This document shows positions 1 through 9,786 of a stretch of 64,000 nucleotides of DNA, in pieces. Each line of letters begins with the position of its first letter. Within the stretch, counting starts at the first letter, position 1. A program made the translations under genes and the position numbers. Source of the DNA: a virus; the IMG/VR virus record IMGVR_UViG_3300021961_010439, positions 15,638 through 79,637 of that record. The stretch is one strand, 5' to 3'. The notes under the pieces are model-generated. The model searched no databases. It saw nothing but the letters and a program-made list of their open reading frames with translations, and was not told the DNA's origin.

Positions 1-2
1 TT

Positions 3-3000
3 TTAGACTTAAATCCTAAATTTAGACTCAAACCTATACCAGTGTCTGTAAATGCATCAGTTATTTATTCAGATACTTTTGTTATTAATGATCCATATGA
101 TGTATATGCAGGGGTTAGGGTTTCTAGTAATATAGATCCAGGAGTAAATACTAGTGAATGTACTAATATTATTTTGCCAAATATTGGTGTTCCAGGAGAT
201 GTTGGATCATCACAAACATTTAATTGGGCAAGATTTAATAAAGAAACCACATTTGGCGATCCATATATACAATATCCTATATTATGCGATAAGGATACTG
301 GAACAACTTGTTCAAAAGGTACTCTTTCTATAACACCAGTAGGTTCTGTTAAAGCACAATCTAGATTTCATAATTATATTTATCAATATGATACTATTAG
401 CAGTTTAGGGGATGAAATAGAGCTAGGTATTTCTATAGATGCTGGTTTATATACTAGCTTAGGAACTACTAGATCAGTACCATATGTTAGTAGAGCAAAT
501 TTTTCAGCATACACTCCTTTATTGCCAACTTTTAATTTATTAAACAGTCCTTCTTGCATAGGTGGAGCTTCTTATGTGCCTTTAGAACATAATCTTAGAT
601 CATGGGATGGTCTTTTTCAAACAGAAATAGCTAATAATTTAGTAGATAATCTTAATATAGATATATGGGCTAATGAAATTTTATTTAGAACATTGTATGG
701 ATCTAGAGAGAAAATAGGCTTTAATAATATATCAAAATCTTATTCAGATAATATTATTGGTAGAGAAAGTATATTAGATAATCTTGTTAATAAAACATCT
801 AGTAGCTTAGTATCATTATATGACAGCATACCTATGGACTATGACACCGCTGCTGCTCCAAATAATTTAAAAATAGCTGGCACAGTAAATATAATTGGTA
901 AGGGAGCCGTAGGAGATAATATTCAGTTTTATTTTAATGACACCTTATATAATATTCGTATCACAGAAAATAGTAATGGAGATATTATTGCTGAGTGTCC
1001 TGAGATAAATGCTAAAGGATTATTATGGCAAAATTTTGTTACTTCGACATCTTACTCAATCAGAGAAATAGATAGTGGAGCTAGTACTGTTATAGGAAAT
1101 AATGTTACCGAAAATATTATAGGAAGATGTAGAACTGCTGGATCAACTAGTGTTAGTGCGTCTTGTGTATGTGGTGGTAATGGCGAAGGATATAAACAAA
1201 AACTATATTTAGGATGTTTTCCTTATGATACTTGTTATCCAAATGCTGTAGATATTACTAATGATTTTTATCCAGAAGGGGTCGGTGGGTCTTGGCCATC
1301 CTTTAGCGTGCCATCATGTTCAGCATTTCCTATAAAAGATAAAAATTCTAATAATAGCGCTGGACCTATTGATGCTGGATGGACAAGATATGGTATATCT
1401 TTTGGTTTTAATGCTCCTGTTGGTGGAGAAAGTATTGGATTAGAATGTGGATCTTGGAGCGCTAGTTTAGGACAAGGAACATCTTGTTGTCCAGATAGCG
1501 AAGTACCCGAGGCCAATCGCTCACCGGGAGCAGGGTTGTTTAATAATGGTAGATCAATTATTAGCTATAATATTAATAATTGTCATTATAGTTTTACTCT
1601 AAAGGGAGTAGTAGAAAATAGTATACATAGAGCCGCAACTTTAAATTTTGTTAATCCGACTCCTAATCAATGTGTTCAGGGTCCTCCGATATTCGCTTCA
1701 GAAGGTAAAGTCGATGGTAGTTTGTGTGACTGTAATAATCCAGATGTCTGCTATGGTGGTGGTAGTGATAGGTTTGTAAACTGTGAGGCTTATATGCAAT
1801 ACTGTGTGCCAGCAGTAGATGAAGGATTCAGTGACGCATGCAATTTTGCAAATTTTGGTCAATGTTGTAAAGATTTTTGTTCAGGTAGTTCTTTTCCTAG
1901 AAGACCAGGTTTTTGTTTCGAATATGAAGAATCACAAGGTCCAGAACAATATGAGATATCTTCAACTTCATCCCCAGGAATACAATATGAGGTTGTAGAA
2001 ACTATTACAACTAGCGCATCAACAACAGTATATACAGCTAATTGTGATAAATTTATTGCTAGTATAATATATGATAATAATCAATTAAAAATTAGTTTAG
2101 GAACTAAACATGTTGTAAACAATATTGTAATTTATAATGGTGGAAATTGTACTCCTTTGGGTATTTCACAGTGTCCGAGTTTAAGAATAGTATTTCCTGA
2201 TGGAACATATAGTGCAGATCATTCTCAAGATAATAGTTGTACAAGATGTAAGAATCAAAATAATATTATTGAGATTACAGAATCTCCAACTTTTGATTTA
2301 ATTACAGAAACTAGATATTGTATATTAGGAATATTTAGTTATGTTACTCCTATGGAGGCTAATAGAACTGCGGGATTCCCATGTCCTGGAACACCAAGCC
2401 AAGTAGAAAGTCTAAATTATAGGATAAGAGAATGTAATAAACCTCTCGAAAGTTATTTAATCGGCGGAACAGCATATTCTGCATGGCATTATTATTTACC
2501 TAGTCCAGCATTGGCCTTAGAAACATTACAGAAACCAGAAAAATCAGCGTGTTCTTTCCAACCATATTTATCTGATGCTGTTATGGTCGGAGTTAGTAAT
2601 GTAATGAGCAATCAAGCTTCCGCATCTGCTACTATAGACGCTTGGAAAAGTAGCATGAACGAGGCTTTTTTAACAAAAAGTTTTTGTTTTAATGGTGGAG
2701 TAGATGCTGATGATATTATAGAAGGGCCAATTCCAGGATCATGTTCTTTAAATTTTGGTGGTGGAAGTTGGCCGGTTTGGGCAGTAAGAACAAAAAGATC
2801 ATTAACTGCTGGCATAGATTGGGAATATGATTCCGAAGTTTCTCAAACTTCAGCGAGCGCTTTGGTGGCCTATGTGTCATACTCATATAAGCGTCCAGTG
2901 AGTATAGGTGAACAATTTATTGATAAAGAAATTCGTGGAGAATGCGCAAGCTTTTTCGGACCAGCTCCTAAAAATGGAGTATGTGCTTCGACATCATATA

Positions 3001-3134
3001 ATATGAAAGAAGTATTTAAGAGCAGAGAAACTATTGATAGTAATTGCGTTAGTAATCCAACATGTTATGATAGTACTAAAGGGTGTGCCCCAGATAATTA
3101 TTGTTGTGGTGGAAATCTTATAAATGGAGGATAG
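3..3134 (+). CDS. Large Cys-rich protein, probably virion-associated (tail fibre/adhesin-like); 5' end truncated by the window
   Basis: Frame is open from position 3 through the GTG at 42. More than 1030 aa rich in Ser/Gly/Asn/Cys with many CC and CxC motifs; no enzyme motif recognised. Confidence 0.5.
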   Translation, partial: LDLNPKFRLKPIPVSVNASVIYSDTFVINDPYDVYAGVRVSSNIDPGVNTSECTNIILPNIGVPGDVGSSQTFNWARFNKETTFGDPYIQYPILCDKDTGTTCSKGTLSITPVGSVKAQSRFHNYIYQYDTISSLGDEIELGISIDAGLYTSLGTTRSVPYVSRANFSAYTPLLPTFNLLNSPSCIGGASYVPLEHNLRSWDGLFQTEIANNLVDNLNIDIWANEILFRTLYGSREKIGFNNISKSYSDNIIGRESILDNLVNKTSSSLVSLYDSIPMDYDTAAAPNNLKIAGTVNIIGKGAVGDNIQFYFNDTLYNIRITENSNGDIIAECPEINAKGLLWQNFVTSTSYSIREIDSGASTVIGNNVTENIIGRCRTAGSTSVSASCVCGGNGEGYKQKLYLGCFPYDTCYPNAVDITNDFYPEGVGGSWPSFSVPSCSAFPIKDKNSNNSAGPIDAGWTRYGISFGFNAPVGGESIGLECGSWSASLGQGTSCCPDSEVPEANRSPGAGLFNNGRSIISYNINNCHYSFTLKGVVENSIHRAATLNFVNPTPNQCVQGPPIFASEGKVDGSLCDCNNPDVCYGGGSDRFVNCEAYMQYCVPAVDEGFSDACNFANFGQCCKDFCSGSSFPRRPGFCFEYEESQGPEQYEISSTSSPGIQYEVVETITTSASTTVYTANCDKFIASIIYDNNQLKISLGTKHVVNNIVIYNGGNCTPLGISQCPSLRIVFPDGTYSADHSQDNSCTRCKNQNNIIEITESPTFDLITETRYCILGIFSYVTPMEANRTAGFPCPGTPSQVESLNYRIRECNKPLESYLIGGTAYSAWHYYLPSPALALETLQKPEKSACSFQPYLSDAVMVGVSNVMSNQASASATIDAWKSSMNEAFLTKSFCFNGGVDADDIIEGPIPGSCSLNFGGGSWPVWAVRTKRSLTAGIDWEYDSEVSQTSASALVAYVSYSYKRPVSIGEQFIDKEIRGECASFFGPAPKNGVCASTSYNMKEVFKSRETIDSNCVSNPTCYDSTKGCAPDNYCCGGNLINGG

Positions 3135-3135
3135 T

Positions 3136-3612
3136 ATGAATTTTTTTTGTGAGTTCGTTGATACAAATACGACATTTAAGGGCAAAAAAATATATGAGTG
3201 TAAATATTGTAATATTAAATTAACTCTAGAAAATCCAGATACTAGAGTTTTATGCTTTAAAAAGCAAAGAGAATTAGAAACATTGTTAAATCCTCATATT
3301 GATCCTCCTATTGATAATATTAAAAGTGTTGATGATATAGTGTCGATAGCTCAACAACAACTATATGAAAAGGGACCAATAACAGAGGATACTTTTAATC
3401 CATCAGCAGAATCAAAAGCTCAATCAGATAATTTATGTTCTAAAGAACAAATAGACCATAGAATGTCAATTTGTCAAACATGCGAATATTTCAAAGAAAA
3501 TTCATGTTTATTATGTGGATGTAATATTGTTAGAGAAAAGAACTATAACAATAAATTAGCACAGAAAAATCAGCATTGTCCAATATTCAAATGGAAAGAG
3601 ATAAAGGATTAG
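3136..3612 (+). CDS. Cys-rich metal-binding protein with a C-terminal DUF6171-like domain
   Basis: GGAGG RBS before the ATG at 3136. C-terminal RxxICxxC...CxxCGC...KL...CPxxKW motif; N-terminal CKYC. Confidence 0.65.
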   Translation: MNFFCEFVDTNTTFKGKKIYECKYCNIKLTLENPDTRVLCFKKQRELETLLNPHIDPPIDNIKSVDDIVSIAQQQLYEKGPITEDTFNPSAESKAQSDNLCSKEQIDHRMSICQTCEYFKENSCLLCGCNIVREKNYNNKLAQKNQHCPIFKWKEIKD

Positions 3613-3935
3613 TCTTTATCTTTACCAGTCCATTTATGCCAACCTTTATTTTGTAGCCAATTTCCTTCGTCATCTTTACGCTTAGGAAATAATGTTCCAC
3701 CCTTTTTGTGTTGGCCGAAAGCTAGTACCGCGCCGCAATCATTGCATCTTAATTCATAGTAATCATTACTATCAACTGTTCTAACAACAAAGCGTAAATT
3801 ATTTTTGCCACATAACCCACACTTTTCTTCTGCAAAAATTTCTTGAATAATAGCTAGTTCTTTAAAGATTTCTTTTTGTCCAGACCCTTCTAGTTCAAAT
3901 TCTAGCTTATCTCCTACGCGGTACTTAACTTTCAT
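3609..3935 (-). CDS. Zn-ribbon hypothetical protein
   Basis: CGLCG...CNDCG motifs; last gene of the minus-strand operon, with its stop overlapping the convergent gene's stop. Confidence 0.7.
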   Translation of the reverse strand: MKVKYRVGDKLEFELEGSGQKEIFKELAIIQEIFAEEKCGLCGKNNLRFVVRTVDSNDYYELRCNDCGAVLAFGQHKKGGTLFPKRKDDEGNWLQNKGWHKWTGKDKD

Positions 3936-3942
3936 AGTTCAC

Positions 3943-4650
3943 CTACTTCCAATTTTGATCATATATTTTAATATTATCAGGAATACTATCAACACTTTGT
4001 TGTAGTTTTGATAACTCTCTAATAATAGAAACAGCATTATCATGAGTCAAGTTTTTAATATTATCATGGGGCAGATTCATGGATTCTATCAATTTAACCA
4101 CATTAACATTAAGTCTTTTAGCAATAACATCCATAAAGCTAACCTGATTAGATGTTATTTTACCAACACTATCCCCCATAACATCATCTTCCACATTTGT
4201 GGCTAATTCTTCTGCTGCTACAACTTTACGTAGTCTTAAAGCTCTTCGTAGTGCTCGTCCTTCCGCTCTTGTTTCCGCAACAGCAACGGGATGATTACGA
4301 TAGATCTTGTCACAGTTACCCCAATAAACGTCCGCAGAGCCATCCACAGTCAAGGTATTAATACCGTTTGGGTCGTCAGACTCTGGATTTAAACGATACG
4401 TTAACGAATGAACAACAGTTGCTCTTTTTTCGTTGTCTGGACTAGGAGATTGAGTTACCTGAGATGTTGACGCTATTAACCTACATTTTAATGCTATTTC
4501 AAATATTCTTCGTAATCCATCAGTAGTAGGATTACCACTAATCTTTTCATCGTCTGATAATAATCCTAGAACATAATCGTTCCATTCCAGATCATTAGGT
4601 GTAACAGTTACTTCTTTATCTTGCACAGGTTCCACACTTTTCTTAACCAT
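3943..4650 (-). CDS. Putative single-strand annealing protein (Rad52/Sak-like)
   Basis: AVAETRAEGRALRRAL...AEE motif typical of phage SSAP-like proteins; C-terminal ITxxQ helical tail. Confidence 0.5.
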   Translation of the reverse strand: MVKKSVEPVQDKEVTVTPNDLEWNDYVLGLLSDDEKISGNPTTDGLRRIFEIALKCRLIASTSQVTQSPSPDNEKRATVVHSLTYRLNPESDDPNGINTLTVDGSADVYWGNCDKIYRNHPVAVAETRAEGRALRRALRLRKVVAAEELATNVEDDVMGDSVGKITSNQVSFMDVIAKRLNVNVVKLIESMNLPHDNIKNLTHDNAVSIIRELSKLQQSVDSIPDNIKIYDQNWK

Positions 4651-4651
4651 T

Positions 4652-5452
4652 TTATTCTCCTATTAGAATAGTTCTATTATCTATATCTGGAAATTTAATC
4701 TTAATTTTTTCTAGAATATCTCTTAGTTCTTGATATAACAACAATGCTCTAGATTTAGAAAAATCTTTGCTTTGCTTAACCCTGATTAATACTAATCCTT
4801 TCCCCAAAATTAGTCCTGTTTTTTTATTATCGTATTTGATATTCTTTTTCAAAGCATCGTCGCCCCATACAGGAGCAAAATGAGATGGTCCGTCTACCTC
4901 TATCGCTACATTCATAGTAGGCAAAAAGATATCAATCTGCAACTTGGTGTTCAATAGTATTTGTTCTTTGTGAAACTCTACTTTGTAGCCATCGGCTATT
5001 AAATTATTAAGTAGGTATTTCTCTAATTTTGATCCTGTTTTACTAGTTTTTCTAACAGCTTCATTTGCTGATTTTAGTATCTGCTCTTTAGTGTCTTCAG
5101 ATAAGTTATTCCAATTATCTCTAGCAACTTGTTGTCTTTGTTGTTTTATATCATCAGAAAGTTCTTCCCAACTAATCATTACTGATTGTCCAATTTTTTC
5201 TTTGGTTTCTTCGTCTCTGGTTTGTCCTTTTGTGGGGTGTTTGTGTCTACCAGATTTTAGTGCTGTTTTTTGTGCAATGCTTTTATCTCGTAAAACTATC
5301 CCATATTTTTTTGCATCTCGGCGTATTCTATTAGCATATGTTGATAGCTTATCGGCTATGACTGCTAAGCTTTCTTTTTTATCACTATAAAGCTTTTTAA
5401 TTATAGACTTTTTTTCTTGATCTGTCATTTTGTCATAAGCTTTGTATAACAT
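4652..5452 (-). CDS. NUMOD3 + DUF559/Vsr-like PD-(D/E)XK endonuclease (homing endonuclease-like)
   Basis: HPTKGQTRDEETKEKIG NUMOD3 motif; SKLE...IDIFLP...AIEVDGPSHF nuclease motif; AGGAG RBS before the ATG at 5452. Confidence 0.75.
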   Translation of the reverse strand: MLYKAYDKMTDQEKKSIIKKLYSDKKESLAVIADKLSTYANRIRRDAKKYGIVLRDKSIAQKTALKSGRHKHPTKGQTRDEETKEKIGQSVMISWEELSDDIKQQRQQVARDNWNNLSEDTKEQILKSANEAVRKTSKTGSKLEKYLLNNLIADGYKVEFHKEQILLNTKLQIDIFLPTMNVAIEVDGPSHFAPVWGDDALKKNIKYDNKKTGLILGKGLVLIRVKQSKDFSKSRALLLYQELRDILEKIKIKFPDIDNRTILIGE

Positions 5453-5894
5453 TCTGACACTCCTGTAAATTAAAACCATCTTGCATATTTAGGATTGGTT
5501 GATCAAAACAAATACTATATAAATCATATGTTTTTTTGTTAAGAGTAACTATTTTCGTTTGTGAATTTAGTAAATTGTTCCATGTTGTAGATGGGAGAAA
5601 TTTGTTTTGCCAGACAATAGAATCGGCGATAAAAACTTTATGAGATGGTCCAGGAAAAGAGTTTATAATAGATAAAGAGTCTACGTCAAAACAAAATAGT
5701 ATCCCATAAAAATAACGAGCATTTACAGACGGCAATAAGCAAAATTTACGATTATTATCTGTTTGTTCGTAAATAGTATTAAACAATATAGTATTAGTAG
5801 AGGACGTTGTTAATCCGTTAAGAACATCCACAATCAAGCGATGATGAGGCATGACTGTGATATGGGGGCAATAAAATCCTATTTGATGTTTCAT
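5433..5894 (-). CDS. Hypothetical protein resembling a glycosyltransferase (GT-B) N-terminal domain
   Basis: Coupled ORF with an alpha/beta pattern (IGFY..., KVFIADSIVW); sits in a GT cluster. Confidence 0.4.
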   Translation of the reverse strand: MKHQIGFYCPHITVMPHHRLIVDVLNGLTTSSTNTILFNTIYEQTDNNRKFCLLPSVNARYFYGILFCFDVDSLSIINSFPGPSHKVFIADSIVWQNKFLPSTTWNNLLNSQTKIVTLNKKTYDLYSICFDQPILNMQDGFNLQECQNVIQSL

Positions 5895-6670
5895 ACTAGA
5901 CGCTCTGTTATATTTTGAATAAAAGTTGTGATTTGTGTAGTATCTTTATTAAGTATTTGGGGCTCATTATTTATCCAATTGTCTTCAACAGTATATGCTG
6001 GTATACTACATGCAATAATTTCAGCTTCGTAGGATCCAGACAAGTCTAAAACACTACCAAACGAATTTAAAGCATTATTCATATCAAAATCAAACATTAA
6101 TCCGATATTTTGGTCATATTCTACTTCTGGATTATTCACCATAACAATAGGCTTATTCGTGTTCGGGTATAAATATGGCTTGACATAATCAATACAACTA
6201 ATATCTCTATCTAAAATAACTAGAATCTTATTATTTCTAGTACTATGATTTGTATTAAAAATAATGTCGTTATATAGTCTATGATATGGTATCAGCTTAT
6301 TTTGATCAACTCCACCCTCTACCAATGGAGTATAAAGATCAATTGGTAATATAAGACTCACATTTAATAATTCATTTTTATGCAAATCAAGGATTAAATT
6401 TTTATATTTGTCAAATAATGAAGGACAGTTATCTACTGTTAGAATAATTTTTTTATCATATAATGACTTATCATTAATAAATTGATGAATTTCTTGAGTA
6501 TATTCTTCTATTTGTAATATTATTGTAGAAGGTCTAGACGATAAACATGTGTCGTAGATATTGTTGTGTAAATTTTCTAGTCTTACATTTGGAAAAGCAT
6601 ACAAGCATCCTCTTGTAATAATACTATGAGTTTTTGAATAAGAGTTTTTATGTATTAAAATATTAGTCAT
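5891..6670 (-). CDS. Hypothetical protein, divergent glycosyltransferase-like
   Basis: Coupled ORF; YEAEIIACSIP resembles the degenerate GT-B ExxAxGxP motif. Confidence 0.4.
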   Translation of the reverse strand: MTNILIHKNSYSKTHSIITRGCLYAFPNVRLENLHNNIYDTCLSSRPSTIILQIEEYTQEIHQFINDKSLYDKKIILTVDNCPSLFDKYKNLILDLHKNELLNVSLILPIDLYTPLVEGGVDQNKLIPYHRLYNDIIFNTNHSTRNNKILVILDRDISCIDYVKPYLYPNTNKPIVMVNNPEVEYDQNIGLMFDFDMNNALNSFGSVLDLSGSYEAEIIACSIPAYTVEDNWINNEPQILNKDTTQITTFIQNITERLV

Positions 6671-7361
6671 TATAGACCTTGCTGGATTTTAGTATGTTAT
6701 TAGATACATACGAATATTGTCTAGGCTTAAGTGGGAAATGATCAAATTTTATACCATTATCGATAAGATAGTTAACTATCTCGAATAAAAATAATGGATC
6801 AGTAAATTTTAGATTGTTTATATGTTTTAGTAATCTGATAGTCTCGTTATTAAAATAACACATTCCATTCCAATAGTTGGTTGATGTTCCATAAGATATA
6901 TGTTCAACTTTACCTTCCACAACATTGCATGTCATATCTTGATTGTTACCATCTTTAGATACTGTAAAAATATAATTGTTATTTGGATCAAGATTAATAT
7001 TCTGAGTAATTAGATAGCTAACATCAGAAATGATAAAAAGACCATCAAATTTAGTTCTATCGTACTTGAGTAGTGTATCTTTAATAATCTTACCATGATT
7101 AGTATTCTTATAATCTAAAACTATATTATAGCTTAGATTTTTTATATCTTTTAATAGTTTCAGTGTTTTTTCTGCCTCGAAGCCAACGACAATATGATGC
7201 TTAGTATCCTGATCATTAAATAATTTACATACATAATCTATATTATGCTCTATAAGAGATTTTTTGTGTTTTTGTATGGGTACTATAACTGATGATTTTG
7301 GACCAATATATTTCATATTTTTAGTTGGTTGATAACAAAAATATATACTATATATAGACAT
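6663..7361 (-). CDS. Divergent nucleotidyltransferase-like protein (LicC/sugar-phosphate NTP transferase fold)
   Basis: MKYIGPKS...SLIEH...IVVGFEAEK...YKNTN pattern; the canonical LAAGxGxR motif is missing. Confidence 0.55.
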   Translation of the reverse strand: MSIYSIYFCYQPTKNMKYIGPKSSVIVPIQKHKKSLIEHNIDYVCKLFNDQDTKHHIVVGFEAEKTLKLLKDIKNLSYNIVLDYKNTNHGKIIKDTLLKYDRTKFDGLFIISDVSYLITQNINLDPNNNYIFTVSKDGNNQDMTCNVVEGKVEHISYGTSTNYWNGMCYFNNETIRLLKHINNLKFTDPLFLFEIVNYLIDNGIKFDHFPLKPRQYSYVSNNILKSSKVYND

Positions 7362-7376
7362 ACATTATTCCTTACA

Positions 7377-7781
7377 TTAATTTTTAACTACATGTAGTTT
7401 TAACTTATAGTTATGAGAATATTTCTTTTGTACTTTATATTGTGGAAAATTTCCAATATGTTCTAATATATCAAATTCATAACTTACCGATACTGTATTT
7501 TGTATTAATGATGAGACAGTTTTTGATGATAAAGAACCTGATGATATATCTTTACCAATAGCTATCAAATCTAATAGTTCAATTACAAGAATACCATTAT
7601 ATTTCATTTTATTAAGAACATTTGAAATTAATGGCAGTCTTTCGTTATATGAAACATTGTCTAATTTAGTAAATAAAATCTCATCTATAGATCCATTAAC
7701 AATACTATCTATCTGAGATATGCTAATATTTTGATATCCATCTATAACATCTTGATCAGATAAGCATATATTAATTTTCAT
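7377..7781 (-). CDS. Truncated/degenerate class I SAM methyltransferase-like protein
   Basis: KINI...DGYQNI...SIDEI...LNKMKYNGILVIELLD parallels small phage methyltransferases; the GxG SAM motif is absent. Confidence 0.45.
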   Translation of the reverse strand: MKINICLSDQDVIDGYQNISISQIDSIVNGSIDEILFTKLDNVSYNERLPLISNVLNKMKYNGILVIELLDLIAIGKDISSGSLSSKTVSSLIQNTVSVSYEFDILEHIGNFPQYKVQKKYSHNYKLKLHVVKN

Positions 7782-8686
7782 AGTACAAAGGCTTTCTTCG
7801 AATAAGTTTGAATAATTGATAGAATATTTTCTTTAAAATTATCATGAGATACATAAATACTAGACGGAATACTATTGTCCACACGTATCATATCTTGTTG
7901 TAATAGTTGTACTAATTCTTGCATAGAATTTGCTATATATAAATTAGGTATGTTTTTGTATTGACTTAAGGACTCATTTACATCCATAATAATTGCAATA
8001 CAACCACAAGCAACAGACCATAGAGCATTTATAATTGATCCTGGGTCTAACTCCACAGTTATTTTAAACTTATTCAAGGTAGTATTTACATCTTTTATGC
8101 ACGAAGGTATTTTTTGTAAATTAGTAGAGTCCACTCCGGCGATATTTTTTAGATAATCATTATCCATGTGTTTATTATAACACATCATACCTATATCTGT
8201 TCTATCTTTCGGGTTGTTGTCAATTTGTAGTTCTTCAGGAATACTGTATTTAATTTTATCTGATGTTATCTTTGGACAAGAAAAACTACTCATTTGATCA
8301 GAAAAGTAGTATATGGCGTCGTTGGGCTTGATAGTATTACTGCATATTAAAAATATATCTTCCCTTTTTAAACCTAACATCTTTATGTCATGACATAACA
8401 TTACATTATTGAGATGCATTGGTGTTGTTATATTATTCTTAATGCTTAATAATGGATTATTAGTAATATATACTGAATAAGATTTATGATATAAAGATTC
8501 TTCGTTATATCTAATCAAAGACGAGTTTTTATCAAAAAAAGTTTTTGCGTTTTCATCAAAAGAATAAAGACACAAATCTAAATCGGTCATAGCAACATCA
8601 AATAAACTATAGTGCGGCTGATATAGAATATTGGTGTTATCACTAACTGATTCTAAAATATTACTTATGCAGAAGCCTGGATACAT
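7778..8686 (-). CDS. Hypothetical protein, divergent glycosyltransferase-like
   Basis: LWSVACGCIAI resembles GT4 EAMACG; sits in a GT cluster. Confidence 0.45.
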   Translation of the reverse strand: MYPGFCISNILESVSDNTNILYQPHYSLFDVAMTDLDLCLYSFDENAKTFFDKNSSLIRYNEESLYHKSYSVYITNNPLLSIKNNITTPMHLNNVMLCHDIKMLGLKREDIFLICSNTIKPNDAIYYFSDQMSSFSCPKITSDKIKYSIPEELQIDNNPKDRTDIGMMCYNKHMDNDYLKNIAGVDSTNLQKIPSCIKDVNTTLNKFKITVELDPGSIINALWSVACGCIAIIMDVNESLSQYKNIPNLYIANSMQELVQLLQQDMIRVDNSIPSSIYVSHDNFKENILSIIQTYSKKAFVL

Positions 8687-9786
8687 AATTTTTTACCTAT
8701 ATTGGAATAACTAAATTGATCTTTTTGAGACATTCCCATTTCGGATTTGGTTTTCCAAGCAGTATTGTCTTTTTTGTACATTGTATACGCCGCCTGCAAC
8801 TGTTTAATTAAGTCATAAATATCTATTTTATACCAATACTGTCTAGCATTATAGTAGTCAGTATTACCTGATATGGGGTGATTTTTTAGTATAACTGGTG
8901 TTTTATGACTATTAACTAAAAATCCATTTTTATTATCTATATAGTCTTTCATACCACTATTTTTATTAATTATTGGATTTTTCCCAAGACACAATGCTTC
9001 TGCTGCTGGACGACAAAATGCTTCTCCATATGAAGGCATAACAAAACAATCACAACTAGAATGTAATCTTAGAATATCTTCATACGATACCCTTTGGGTC
9101 ATCCATACTTCGCTTCTAAAGGGTTTAGACAATTGTAAAGACTGTTTTATCTGATTAGAAAATTCTGTTAATTCTCTAATGTCCCCATTTGTTTTGATAA
9201 TTAGAGACACAGGATCGGTAATATTAAAAGCTAGATTAAAAGCTATAATAAGATCTTCTAGATTTTTTCTAAAATTATTTTCACATATAGTATAAAACTT
9301 AAACGTGTGAGCTATTGTAGGATTTAGTGATGATGCTGGATATGGCTTTATATTATCAGTATCTAATGCTTCGCTAATAACCCTAATAGGTTTTTGTAAA
9401 CCACTAGACACTAGAGAATCTTTTTCTATGGAAGATGGAACCCAAATTTCGTCCATTCTTTTCATATTTTCGATAGTTTTGGTTTGACTAAAGTCATTAA
9501 TTTCTAACGTAAATAATCCAATATTTTTTCCAAATCTTGCATCATAATGAAAATATTCTGGTAGTGTTTTTTGAATTACATAATCATAATGATCATAGAT
9601 TTGATTTTCATATCTGATAATTTGATCATCATTAAAATGAGCATCATTATAACCAGGAGCTAAGTATACTGGTCTAGTAGTAATATTAAGGCTGGGTATT
9701 GTTGCGAGAGATCTTATATAGTCTCTTGTGGCTAGTCCCCAACCATCTAGTTGTCTATATGGTCCAATAAAAAGAATATTTTTCAT
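8665..9786 (-). CDS. Glycosyltransferase family 4 (GT-B)
   Basis: DCFVMPSYGEAFCRPAAEALCLG; RKNL; DEIWVPS. Confidence 0.9.
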   Translation of the reverse strand: MKNILFIGPYRQLDGWGLATRDYIRSLATIPSLNITTRPVYLAPGYNDAHFNDDQIIRYENQIYDHYDYVIQKTLPEYFHYDARFGKNIGLFTLEINDFSQTKTIENMKRMDEIWVPSSIEKDSLVSSGLQKPIRVISEALDTDNIKPYPASSLNPTIAHTFKFYTICENNFRKNLEDLIIAFNLAFNITDPVSLIIKTNGDIRELTEFSNQIKQSLQLSKPFRSEVWMTQRVSYEDILRLHSSCDCFVMPSYGEAFCRPAAEALCLGKNPIINKNSGMKDYIDNKNGFLVNSHKTPVILKNHPISGNTDYYNARQYWYKIDIYDLIKQLQAAYTMYKKDNTAWKTKSEMGMSQKDQFSYSNIGKKLCIQASA

